The translations under genes were made by a program, and so were the position numbers. A DNA stretch of 64,000 nt from a virus. Within the stretch, counting starts at the first letter, position 1. Every line of letters begins with the position of its first letter. Below, one piece after another: positions 20,905-30,661 of this stretch. Under the pieces are notes generated by a model. It saw only the letters and a list, made by a program, of their open reading frames with translations. It did not search any database and had not been told where the DNA came from. The stretch spans positions 2,318 through 66,317 of the IMG/VR virus record IMGVR_UViG_3300040801_002513. The stretch is one strand, 5' to 3'.

Positions 20905-20970
20905 TATATTCCTCCTAATTAAAAAGCAAACTTTAATTTATTTTATAACTAACCTAAATTTTACTAACTC

Positions 20971-22104
20971 CTATTCCTTTCCAACATTTTTGGCCTGTTC
21001 CAAAAGTAACTCTATGTGTTCAACCAAATAAGTAATTTTTGAATCTTTATCTAAATCGTCCAACTTTTTAGCCACTATATTATTTATTTGTGTAATACTG
21101 TAAACTTCACTTGCAGATACCCAAACCATATCTCCAGAGGTAAATCTTATGCATTCTGGGTCTGTTTGATCTCCATAAACAGGACAAGACATATCGTATT
21201 TAGAGCACCACTGCTTTTTAATTACTTTAGAATCTTGGTCCTTAACTACAGAATCATTTAACTCGTTATGGTAAGACACACAAATACCTACCGTAGTAGG
21301 GTCTTCCAAACTTGCATCTTCATTATCTATCTTACTGGAGGTTACTTTATTAGTGGCTTCATCTAGAGCGTCTTGATCTAATATTATTTCAGTCACTTCG
21401 TCTTCATCAGATGCCGACTCAAATATAATAGATGGTGGATTTGCTGGATTCTTTACTATACCAACACCTGAGAAACATATACCCCTCAATACCCTAGCTA
21501 CTTTACCTTCATCTATAATATTACCAGATTTCACAATCTTTGCAGCTTTTCCATATAGGTTCTCGTTAGATGTATCAAATCCCATGAGCCTAGCTTCGTC
21601 TAATGTAAGTATAGTATTACCAACTAGAATATCGTAAGAAGTAAAATAAGCTTCCATAGAAACTTTCCATTCGCCATTTTTTATTTCTTCAGCTACTTCT
21701 GGAAACCTTGTTTTATAAATAACGCTAGCAATTTCTATATGCATATCCTCAGCATCTAACTTAGCTATTTCTTGTTTGGTAAGCTCCTCCTTGTCAATCT
21801 TATTACCCGCATTATCCGTATACTCATGCCTGTAAATATGACCTATAATTTTATCCTCTTCATGTTCTATATCTACAGCTTTACCAGACACTGTTTTGCT
21901 GGCTGATACTATCTCGCTACCTAAAAAATGAGCATCATTTAAATTTGTACCTGTACTAACAAACCTACTAGTAAAGTAGGCTAAGTCAGGTTGTCTGTCT
22001 TTTGCGTCAGGTAAATCTATGACGGAAGCAACTTCTTGACGTAAGTCAGTTGTTTCTTTTACAGACATTAACTCGGCGGTCATGTAGAACTTATGCTTCA
22101 TCAT
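20971..22104 (-). CDS. Prohead protease
   Basis: DIEHEEDKIIGHI, WKVSMEAYF and FSGVGIVKNPANP motifs. Confidence 0.7.
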   Translation of the reverse strand: MMKHKFYMTAELMSVKETTDLRQEVASVIDLPDAKDRQPDLAYFTSRFVSTGTNLNDAHFLGSEIVSASKTVSGKAVDIEHEEDKIIGHIYRHEYTDNAGNKIDKEELTKQEIAKLDAEDMHIEIASVIYKTRFPEVAEEIKNGEWKVSMEAYFTSYDILVGNTILTLDEARLMGFDTSNENLYGKAAKIVKSGNIIDEGKVARVLRGICFSGVGIVKNPANPPSIIFESASDEDEVTEIILDQDALDEATNKVTSSKIDNEDASLEDPTTVGICVSYHNELNDSVVKDQDSKVIKKQWCSKYDMSCPVYGDQTDPECIRFTSGDMVWVSASEVYSITQINNIVAKKLDDLDKDSKITYLVEHIELLLEQAKNVGKE

Positions 22105-23887
22105 AGTCTCCTTGTTCTATTTTTGCTATTTCTTGAGTAATTAAGTCTCTCTCCTCTTTAGATAGGTGTATCAATATATCACTCAAAGAAGCGGCTTTCT
22201 TATTTACTTTATTATCTTGTAATTTACTTGGGTCTGTTTCTTGGGTCTTTTTCTTTGTAGTTCCCGTGGGTCTACCCTTAGAGGGGGTGCCTTTAGGGGC
22301 ATTTTGTGTATCTTGGGTATCTACGCCGTTAGCTGATTGTTGAAATGGGCTACCCGTCAGTCCAAAAGTACCATCCAGAACCAGAGGTAATTCATTCTGC
22401 ATATTACCTAACTCATTTTCAAAATCAAAGCCTAGACTTTCTAAAGCTGTCTCGTAAGAGAGCATTCTTCTATCTACCATAGACGCTAGTACATTCTTAT
22501 ATAATATATCATCTCTTAGTATCCCATCATCCCAACGTACTTTTGGGAATCTTTCAAAACCCATAGCTTCTGCTATTTGGCGATACTCGTTATATATCCA
22601 CCTTGTTACCTGCTTTCTAGCGTATTCTATGTCTTCTCTAATCCCTCTTACAGCCCAAGCAACATCAGAAACGCTACCAGTGCCATCAATAAGCGCTCTT
22701 GTAACAGATAATCCCCCTGTAATATCATCATTAACTTGTGCATATTTCTCCTTACCTAAAATAGCTTCTATCTCTGGACTAACTACCTTTTCAATCTTTA
22801 ATGTATGATTCCACACAACATCAAAACTTTTACTAGGTGTATTAAATAGCTGAGCAACGGCCTCAAGTTCTTCTTGGGAAACTACTGGAAACTCATCATT
22901 ACCTATAGTAATCTTTAATATATAGTTAGAGATGCCATCTAACGTACTTAAATCAGCGTTACGTAGTGCTTGTTTATATTCAATACTATCAAATACTCTT
23001 GAAGTTCTAGGGCGTGCATAACGCTCGTATGGCTGTTTTTTATATGTAATTATGTTTACTAATCTAGGGTCTAGTTGAAACTCTCCTCCTCCCTCTGCTG
23101 CTTTTTTTAATTCGGAAGGTAAAGATTTAATTAAAAGCTTCTCTTCCTCAGTTTGTTCACCAGAAGGTTTCTTCAATAGTTCCCCTAGTTCTGGGGGAGG
23201 TGTTAAACTAATAGCTACATTGTTAAACAATAAATTTCCCTGTACATTTACCAGTAAAGGATTTAATACAGTGTATCCTATAGGAAGGTGACCTTTAGAC
23301 CATATCTTTTTTTTAGCCGCTGATACTTTACCTGTAGTTTTAGCTTTAGGTTTTTTACCTACAGGTACTATAGTAGATACCCTAGGTTCGTAATTAGCTA
23401 TATATTTATATGTAGTAACGTTAGAAGTCTTAAACAAGTCTAAGTAAATCCAATCTAATACCTCTTCAAAATTAACATCGAATGCCCAAGTGTCATAAAA
23501 ATTCTTTATATCAGGATCATCTATGTCATTTTCAAAACCTTTGCTGGCTAAAGACGATAGTAAATTTATAACTGACCCTACTATAGGTTCAGTGTAGTAG
23601 TACTTCATTACTCGTTCATACAGTTTCTTAGGGTCTTCCGAATACACGTCTTTAGCTTGAGCTAAATCGGCGTAAGAACGATTCATAGTGTCACGTGTTA
23701 TAGTAGAAGACTTCTCTCTATATATACGAGGTACTATAGGGCTATCTAAAAATGCCAAAGACTTCTTGGTAGGCTCCACTAGAAATGTAGACGAACCACT
23801 CTTCTCATCTATTTCTATAGATTTTAGACCAATATCAGGATATCTTTCCTGTAACTCTGCGGTTATTTTACTTGCTGTATCTGTCAT
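22091..23887 (-). CDS. Portal protein
   Basis: 598 aa directly downstream of terminase; C-terminal GRP low-complexity tail. Confidence 0.75.
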   Translation of the reverse strand: MTDTASKITAELQERYPDIGLKSIEIDEKSGSSTFLVEPTKKSLAFLDSPIVPRIYREKSSTITRDTMNRSYADLAQAKDVYSEDPKKLYERVMKYYYTEPIVGSVINLLSSLASKGFENDIDDPDIKNFYDTWAFDVNFEEVLDWIYLDLFKTSNVTTYKYIANYEPRVSTIVPVGKKPKAKTTGKVSAAKKKIWSKGHLPIGYTVLNPLLVNVQGNLLFNNVAISLTPPPELGELLKKPSGEQTEEEKLLIKSLPSELKKAAEGGGEFQLDPRLVNIITYKKQPYERYARPRTSRVFDSIEYKQALRNADLSTLDGISNYILKITIGNDEFPVVSQEELEAVAQLFNTPSKSFDVVWNHTLKIEKVVSPEIEAILGKEKYAQVNDDITGGLSVTRALIDGTGSVSDVAWAVRGIREDIEYARKQVTRWIYNEYRQIAEAMGFERFPKVRWDDGILRDDILYKNVLASMVDRRMLSYETALESLGFDFENELGNMQNELPLVLDGTFGLTGSPFQQSANGVDTQDTQNAPKGTPSKGRPTGTTKKKTQETDPSKLQDNKVNKKAASLSDILIHLSKEERDLITQEIAKIEQGDYDEA

Positions 23888-23924
23888 ATTTTACCTACCT
23901 TAATGTTTATTTTATAGTAGTTAG

Positions 23925-26900
23925 TTAATTACGCCGTGTAAGTAACGCGTGTGGGCTTGTAACAGTACTTGTATTTGTACCTTGTGATGTCCTCCAGTTA
24001 GCTGCATCTTTTGACCTAACTAAACCACTACTACCATAAAGTATATTTTCTTCGTCATCTTCAAATTCGTGTTCTAAGGCCTTTACACCATACCCTGCTA
24101 AAATAAGAGCAGAGTAAATATCTTTATTCTGACCTTTCTTAGGTGTATCAAAATGTAAAGCTCCACTAGAAGTTTGTGTAACAATAATATTAAGACACTG
24201 TTTCTTTAGTGTTTCCATTAACTCGTAAGCGTCTTGTTTAAGTTCTGAAGTTGTAGCAACTAAATTAGAAGGAAACAACAAATGTTTATCTTCAAATAAA
24301 GAGAGTGTAGCAAAGTTAGCATCAGCTATCCAAGAAGTACTAAAAGTGGTTAGCTCTAAAATATGTCTTCCTTTTAGTTTTGCTTTATCTTTATCCCCTC
24401 TATTTATAATAGGTTCTGCTTCATTGTAACCTTCTTCCAATAAATCAGCTACTGCTTTACCGCCACCACCTCTATCCATGTAAATACGTACAGTATTATA
24501 AGTTTTACACAAATCTTGTAATGCTACTGTTACATCTTGTGTAGTATTTCCATCTAACGCTAGTACACGTACTATTCTATTAGGTTTACCTAATTTTATT
24601 ACTACTACACCACACTTAGCTTTACCTCCTTGGTTAGGGTCTATACCTATTATATAGTTCGCAGATTTGTCCCCTGATAGCTCTATATCAAAATTGCTAC
24701 CATTGGTACAGTCCTCTAGTAAAGAGGCCTTAAAGAAGCCCTCAGAGTCGCTTACCATAGCAGCCATATATTCCATGTCAAATTCGTGACTGGACATAAC
24801 TCTACGAGAGTTTTCTACGTTCTTAGGATCTAAAAATCCCTCAGGTAAGAGGGTGTAAGGTATTTGAAATACTGCATGGTCTTTAGAACCTTCTTCTATC
24901 TGATTCCAATATTGTCTCATACGTTTATACATATGATTAAATTTGTAATACCCAGAAGAAGTACCTATCATCTTGTTTACAGTGTCTTCTTCGAAATCAC
25001 TATCAGTAGCTAAACCTTCAGCTATTAGTCTCTTTTTACGTTCTAACTCCCGTACTTGTACCATAGGGTCTAATTTTGTAATAGACATAGGTGCTAGTAC
25101 AGTCTCTATAATCTTTTGAGGTACTTGTGCAAACTCATCTACTAATATACAGTAAAAACGAGACCCTCTAATTTTAGCGCCATCTGCGCCGATAGGTAAG
25201 GCCTCTATAAAGGCGTTATTATGCCCAGCTACTGATTTAAACTTTAAGTAACAGGTATCAGAACCTCTAATAGGTCTTTTCTCTGTAGCTTCTTTTAATA
25301 TAGCTGATTTAGTGTATAACTTTTCTACTTCTGCAAATATCATCTTAGAGTTGTGGCTTATAAAACCACTACTAAAATAACAAGACTCATTATCTACCTC
25401 TATATCCATTGTAGGAGCAAAAAAGTGGTCCTTACTGGTAACCTTAACGAAGTGAAAGCCATCTTGTAGATATTGGTTATAGAGTGCTGGATGTGTGTTT
25501 ACTAACGCTGCAGGTAGTCCCAAGTCTATAGCTAAACTACTTTCTCTTTCATTAAAATGGCTACTTACGTAGCCATCTAACAACTCTTTTTTTCTTGTTA
25601 GTTTAAATAAACCTATTTCTCTAGATATTTCTAAATTTCTTCTGCCAGTAATCCTAACTTTGTACCCTGTATTACATACGGAGTATTTACCTCTATCTAA
25701 AAGTTTTCTTTTACCTGCTTTAGTACTTATACCACACTGAGCTACTATACCTATATTAAGTAGGCACGATTGTACTTCTTTAGCCAACTGTATAGAAGAA
25801 GTAGATAAGCTAATCTCACAATGTGTAGAACCATTCTTGTGTTGTTGTATATAACAACTACCGTCAGTGTCTAACAGGCCTTGTATGAAATTTACAAAAC
25901 ATTCCTTAGAAGATTTTTTAATTACGTCAGGTATCTTTTTGTCTAAAGCAGTAGTTTTTGTAAAACCGCACTGTAATAAATAATTTACTAGCTTCTTACA
26001 ATAGTAAGCTATTTGAGGTGTTCTATTTAGGGGTGTCCTGTCTGTGGGAGTTATATTGAAGTATTTCAATACCAATGCTTCAAAAGCCAGTAGTAAAGCC
26101 GCATCGGCACTTGTAAACATAACTCTATATTTTCTCCCAGAAGAGTCTATAGATATACAACCGTCACCTATTAAAAGGCCAAATAAGTAAGCTAACTCAG
26201 GTGTAAGCTCTGTAGGTATATTACAGTCTTTAGTACGCCAGGCATGTTTAAAGGCGTAGTCAGGTAATATATTATCATTAGCAAAGTAATTAAATCCTTG
26301 TTTTATTAATACGTAGTCACCTATATTTAAGTCTGCCAGATCAACAAATTGTATCTTTGCAGTGATAGTATTTAATACCACTATAGCGTGGTCTGCCGTA
26401 CCTTGCAACTCAAAACCTTTAGTAGTTTTTATACCTATGCAGTCCCTATCAGGATTCAGCCACTTACTTAGTATTTTATTTTGGCTATATAAAGACTGTG
26501 TGTAGATTTCAGTATCTCCCTGTACTAAGTCATACATTGCGTCAGTAGAGGTAACCATACCTTTAGAAGTCCAAAAAGTGTCGTAAGTACTTGATTTCAC
26601 TAGACTTTGTCTAAATGAAGGAGCAATTAGACCCGCTCTATACCCTGGATATAACAAACAAAGTAGTGTGGCTAGTAACCCTGACATAAAAGTATTGTGG
26701 TTAATAAAGCCATTTGTCATGTAGTTAGGTTCTATATCCGATCCCATATCCATTTCAAAATCATAGCAGTCTCCCTGCCAATCTTCTATTGATACTACCG
26801 TATCAAAGTAATAATGGTACTTAAGGATATTTTCTATATTACTTATACTTTTACTTATACCATCTATTTTAAAATCACTATTATTCACAGTATTATAAGA

Positions 26901-28190
26901 TAACAAAAATCTATGTAGCTCGGAATAAGTCAACTCTTTTTTATTACCTGTTTTTATATTGAAGCTTGGTTTTTTATGTGTATTATATAAAGTATTATAG
27001 TAGGCAGCTATAGCTTTACATATCTGTAAAATGTAAGGTATAGTATCTTTATTTACGTTAGTAGTTTTATTACTGAAGTAGGAGTCTAGAAGAGTTTGTT
27101 TTCTTTCTACTCTAAAACCTACTAATTCTTTAAATTTATAAGAATCTTCCGAGTACATATCTAGTAAATAAGCTTTACCAAATATAGATTTTGTTTTTTT
27201 AGTGCGTAATCTAGATACCATACCCAAGTTAAGTAACATCATCTGTACTTCTGAAAGAAGCTTCTTAGATACTGAACAACATGATACACCACCAGTACTA
27301 TTAGCAGTACCATCAGTGTCAAAATAGCCTTGTAAGAAGGCTATTTGCGCTTCTTTATTAGCTGTACGTATAGAGTATGGAACAGCCTTATCATACGAAA
27401 GTACTCTAGGTATGTTATATTTATCAAAAAAGTAATTAAATGTATAAGAGAATCTAAATATATATACACAGTCACTTCGTTTATCTACACGTATACTATA
27501 CCCTATATTATTTCTACTACAATAACTAGCACAAAAAGCTATAATACTTTCGTCAGCAGAAGTGAGTGTTACAGGATTATTACCACTATAACTACCATCA
27601 CCTATGAGTAAACCTATTAGATATCCTGTGTCTATTGATACTTTGCTATTTCCAAAAGCATTCTGGGCCCTTTGGATACACACCCTATCCCCAATTTTAA
27701 AATCAGCTAGTGTTTTATAAGTAAAATTACCTTCGATATCTATAGTGAGCAGAGGGTGATGATCACTACCTCTCTTAATCATACCATTTTGGGTCTCTAA
27801 CTGTTTACCTTTTATACCTTTCTCTAAACATAACTTCTTTATAGGTCTAAAACCTTCGGAGGTATATAAATCTTTACAGTAGTCTATTACTACATCTTCT
27901 CCGTCGCTTAAATATTTAGGTATACTGGGGAGTATTTCATGAAGATATACTAAACCTTCTCGATTAAAACTGGCCAACTCATATATACTACTACTTTTTC
28001 CTGCACCCCTACCACATATAGCTAAAGTGTAAGGTTTGAACCACATAGCTTCAAACATTATACGTTGTATAGGAGCTAGATCTACACCTAGTAACTCATA
28101 GGCAGCTATACAGGGATTATCTCTATAAAACTGTATAAGATCTGGACCTTGTTGTAGGACTATATCCATATTTTTGGTTAACTTACTCAA
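23925..28190 (-). CDS. terL: Terminase large subunit interrupted by two inteins (~568 aa after splicing)
   Basis: Spliced Walker A GRGAGK|T, APSFRQ|SK, Walker B ILVDEF, RNase H-like IGIDP...KDIYSAL. Confidence 0.9.
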   Translation of the reverse strand: MSKLTKNMDIVLQQGPDLIQFYRDNPCIAAYELLGVDLAPIQRIMFEAMWFKPYTLAICGRGAGKSSSIYELASFNREGLVYLHEILPSIPKYLSDGEDVVIDYCKDLYTSEGFRPIKKLCLEKGIKGKQLETQNGMIKRGSDHHPLLTIDIEGNFTYKTLADFKIGDRVCIQRAQNAFGNSKVSIDTGYLIGLLIGDGSYSGNNPVTLTSADESIIAFCASYCSRNNIGYSIRVDKRSDCVYIFRFSYTFNYFFDKYNIPRVLSYDKAVPYSIRTANKEAQIAFLQGYFDTDGTANSTGGVSCCSVSKKLLSEVQMMLLNLGMVSRLRTKKTKSIFGKAYLLDMYSEDSYKFKELVGFRVERKQTLLDSYFSNKTTNVNKDTIPYILQICKAIAAYYNTLYNTHKKPSFNIKTGNKKELTYSELHRFLLSYNTVNNSDFKIDGISKSISNIENILKYHYYFDTVVSIEDWQGDCYDFEMDMGSDIEPNYMTNGFINHNTFMSGLLATLLCLLYPGYRAGLIAPSFRQSLVKSSTYDTFWTSKGMVTSTDAMYDLVQGDTEIYTQSLYSQNKILSKWLNPDRDCIGIKTTKGFELQGTADHAIVVLNTITAKIQFVDLADLNIGDYVLIKQGFNYFANDNILPDYAFKHAWRTKDCNIPTELTPELAYLFGLLIGDGCISIDSSGRKYRVMFTSADAALLLAFEALVLKYFNITPTDRTPLNRTPQIAYYCKKLVNYLLQCGFTKTTALDKKIPDVIKKSSKECFVNFIQGLLDTDGSCYIQQHKNGSTHCEISLSTSSIQLAKEVQSCLLNIGIVAQCGISTKAGKRKLLDRGKYSVCNTGYKVRITGRRNLEISREIGLFKLTRKKELLDGYVSSHFNERESSLAIDLGLPAALVNTHPALYNQYLQDGFHFVKVTSKDHFFAPTMDIEVDNESCYFSSGFISHNSKMIFAEVEKLYTKSAILKEATEKRPIRGSDTCYLKFKSVAGHNNAFIEALPIGADGAKIRGSRFYCILVDEFAQVPQKIIETVLAPMSITKLDPMVQVRELERKKRLIAEGLATDSDFEEDTVNKMIGTSSGYYKFNHMYKRMRQYWNQIEEGSKDHAVFQIPYTLLPEGFLDPKNVENSRRVMSSHEFDMEYMAAMVSDSEGFFKASLLEDCTNGSNFDIELSGDKSANYIIGIDPNQGGKAKCGVVVIKLGKPNRIVRVLALDGNTTQDVTVALQDLCKTYNTVRIYMDRGGGGKAVADLLEEGYNEAEPIINRGDKDKAKLKGRHILELTTFSTSWIADANFATLSLFEDKHLLFPSNLVATTSELKQDAYELMETLKKQCLNIIVTQTSSGALHFDTPKKGQNKDIYSALILAGYGVKALEHEFEDDEENILYGSSGLVRSKDAANWRTSQGTNTSTVTSPHALLTRRN
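25350..26606 (-). mobile_element. Intein 2 (419 aa) with LAGLIDADG endonuclease
   Basis: Starts with Ser after APSFRQ; TADH block B; ends SGFISHN|S; LFGLLIGDG and FIQGLLDTDG motifs. Confidence 0.85.
26694..27995 (-). mobile_element. Intein 1 (434 aa) with LAGLIDADG endonuclease, inserted in the terminase P-loop
   Basis: Starts with Ser after GAGK; ends NGFINHN|T; LIGLLIGDG and FLQGYFDTDG motifs. Confidence 0.85.
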
Positions 28191-28696
28191 TCTATATCAT
28201 CCTTACTGCTATTAGCTTCTAGACTATCTAATAACTCATTCTGGCTAGCCTTCATATCTCTAGCCTTTTTTTCTAATTTAGCTTTCTTAGAATCATCAAA
28301 AGCTACTGCTAGGTCCACAATACTAAAGCCTTTAAACTCATTAGGGTCTATCCTATCTTTTCTTCTAGATGCCAAGTTATCTTTTATTTTATCACTCTGT
28401 TTACGTAGTTTTTCCATAGAATTTGAATAATTTAAATGACTATCCGCGTCATCTTTACTCTGTTTCATCAAACGTATTTCAATGATCTTGTTAGTTACTA
28501 GTGTCATTATATCGTCTATATCTGAAGACGTTAAGTCGTCCTCATCAAAGTCTTTCAAGTATATATCAATTAAACTATGGTATATAACAATCTCGTCGTC
28601 ATCAAACATATCCTTTATGGGGATTATATTTGTTAATAGCTCCCTAGGTTTAGGTGCTGCTTTAGGTCTTCCTACTGGTCTAGCCATCTTCAACAC
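28187..28696 (-). CDS. Putative terminase small subunit
   Basis: 169 aa, helical, overlapping the terL start. Confidence 0.45.
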   Translation of the reverse strand: MLKMARPVGRPKAAPKPRELLTNIIPIKDMFDDDEIVIYHSLIDIYLKDFDEDDLTSSDIDDIMTLVTNKIIEIRLMKQSKDDADSHLNYSNSMEKLRKQSDKIKDNLASRRKDRIDPNEFKGFSIVDLAVAFDDSKKAKLEKKARDMKASQNELLDSLEANSSKDDID

Positions 28697-29141
28697 CTAT
28701 GTGAAGTATGTTACATACTTCCGCAAAATTTAAACCTAAGTCTTCACATTGTTGCTTAAGCTCGCATATATCTTCTGGGTCAGACATTCTATTGACTAGA
28801 TGGGGGTTATCTTCCATACTTATATTGTACTCTATAGAGATTTCCCTAAATCTTTTGGAGTTTAATGAGCGTTCAGTATAAATATTATTTGTTTCATCAA
28901 ATAAAGCACTTATCTTATCGAACCACTCCTTATTATCTATAGAACTATCAATCTCCTTTTGATATTCTTCATATAGTTCAGAAGATAATGGATACATATT
29001 CCTAAAATAAGAAATCAGCGTTCTCGAAATCTTCTCTTTTGTAGCTTCCGAATGACGCTGTCCTTTTTCAGAGTTACTTATAGCTTTTTTACTTTCAGCA
29101 CTCAACTTAAAACCTAATGGCCGCCCCCTACCTTTATTCAT
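28680..29141 (-). CDS. NUMOD3-motif DNA-binding protein
   Basis: KLSAESKKAISNSEKGQRHSEATKEKIS tandem NUMOD3-like repeats. Confidence 0.55.
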   Translation of the reverse strand: MNKGRGRPLGFKLSAESKKAISNSEKGQRHSEATKEKISRTLISYFRNMYPLSSELYEEYQKEIDSSIDNKEWFDKISALFDETNNIYTERSLNSKRFREISIEYNISMEDNPHLVNRMSDPEDICELKQQCEDLGLNFAEVCNILHIGVEDG

Positions 29142-29463
29142 AGCTCTCCACCTCGATTACTTTAGCATATGTGTTACATTTCCTACATATAGCTCCTACA
29201 CATGTGGTGGAAACGCTTATAGGAGCTTCGCAGTTCCCACATAATTTGATTACTTGGCGTTTAGCTTTTTTAGGTTTTGAGAACTCAAAAGGTAGTTGTT
29301 TATATTTATCTGCATAAGCAGATTCTTTATGGATTCTTTTATTTAGATTATTTACTCCTTCAGTAGGTTCGAATCTTCTAGGACTACCAGGAGGTAACTC
29401 GGAACTAATGGAAGTTTTATCCATATGTTTTTTAACATCATCTTTAAATACGCTATTAACCAT
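29134..29463 (-). CDS. Zn-ribbon hypothetical protein
   Basis: CGNC...CRKC. Confidence 0.6.
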   Translation of the reverse strand: MVNSVFKDDVKKHMDKTSISSELPPGSPRRFEPTEGVNNLNKRIHKESAYADKYKQLPFEFSKPKKAKRQVIKLCGNCEAPISVSTTCVGAICRKCNTYAKVIEVESYE

Positions 29464-30052
29464 CGAATCTATCCTCTTGTTTTACTGTTAAAGTTTTCTT
29501 ACTTGCTATGTAATCACTCAAATAAACACAAAGTTCTTCCGGGGTATATTGCGCTAAAGGTTTATTCCAAGGACTAATGCTCCAAGGACCATAATGATAA
29601 CCAACACCATTACGTATTAAATTATAATCTTTTTCAGATAATATATGTGTATCTCTGTGTACTTCTTCGACTAACTTAGCGCCTAAATCTGGATGGTACT
29701 TCACAGTGTGTCCTGTACGTGTTATACCCTGCTTGCGTAAATCATGGATAATACAGGCGGCTATAATAGCGTCTCTATTAGTCTCACAACCTAGTCCTCT
29801 GGCTAAATCGTAAGCTACAGTAACAACTTTTTTTGTGTGTAATACTGTACCTACCGCGCAAAGTTCGTCTATAGGGTGATACTTACCGCTAGATGATGCT
29901 GGGCAGTCAACGAAGAAATACGAAGGTGCCATCATTAGGCATATCTCTGTGAATTCTCTTATAACTTCATCAAATATTAAATCTAGTTCCACTCTAAAAG
30001 TAGCTACCTTCTCTTCGGGGGTAATTCTTTTCGTCATAATTCTTATCCTCAC
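29456..30052 (-). CDS. HD-domain phosphohydrolase
   Basis: PASSSGKYHP...HTK...IIHDLRK...HYGPW...SDYIAS. Confidence 0.75.
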   Translation of the reverse strand: MRIRIMTKRITPEEKVATFRVELDLIFDEVIREFTEICLMMAPSYFFVDCPASSSGKYHPIDELCAVGTVLHTKKVVTVAYDLARGLGCETNRDAIIAACIIHDLRKQGITRTGHTVKYHPDLGAKLVEEVHRDTHILSEKDYNLIRNGVGYHYGPWSISPWNKPLAQYTPEELCVYLSDYIASKKTLTVKQEDRFDG

Positions 30053-30119
30053 ATAAAGTTAATATTTATTAAATATAAATATTATACTAACATAAACCTG
30101 CAAATAATGCAAGCTTTTT

Positions 30120-30350
30120 TTAATAAGGTGGTAAAGTAATATCTTCGCTATCTAGGTTTATAGGTGTGACTATAGCCTTATTAGAATTAGGATTATACCC
30201 TTGTTGAGGGAACGTATCTTGATGATACCTCCTCTGAGGATTGTTAAGGCTAGTGTCTAAAAATTTAGCCTTAACATCCTCGGAGTAAGGTTTCTTCTCC
30301 TGTACTGTAACGAATTTAGGAAATCTATACTCGTCCATACTTATAGGCAT
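30120..30350 (-). CDS. Hypothetical protein
   Basis: 76 aa with GGAG RBS. Confidence 0.6.
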   Translation of the reverse strand: MPISMDEYRFPKFVTVQEKKPYSEDVKAKFLDTSLNNPQRRYHQDTFPQQGYNPNSNKAIVTPINLDSEDITLPPY

Positions 30351-30360
30351 TTTAAGCTCC

Positions 30361-30639
30361 TTATAAGACTTCTGTACTTTCTACGAATCTCTTCATAAAT
30401 TCCTTAAACTCTGCTTTAGCCTCTACGGAAGCTTCTTCTTTCATACCAAAGTAGCCAATCATATCCATTACAAAATCTGGGGTCATATCACCTTCCCACT
30501 CGTAATTAATATTCATAAATTGGTCTTTGCCTTTCTTGATACCTATAGAGGCATAATTATAACCGTAAGTACTTTTATAAATACTTACATTTACTATCTC
30601 GCCTGAGGTAAAATTTAATGCATACTTTTTGTCTGCCAT
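30361..30639 (-). CDS. Hypothetical protein
   Basis: Likely start MADKKY after GGAGG. Confidence 0.6.
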   Translation of the reverse strand: MADKKYALNFTSGEIVNVSIYKSTYGYNYASIGIKKGKDQFMNINYEWEGDMTPDFVMDMIGYFGMKEEASVEAKAEFKEFMKRFVESTEVL

Positions 30640-30661
30640 TGGATATTCCTCCATATATTAA

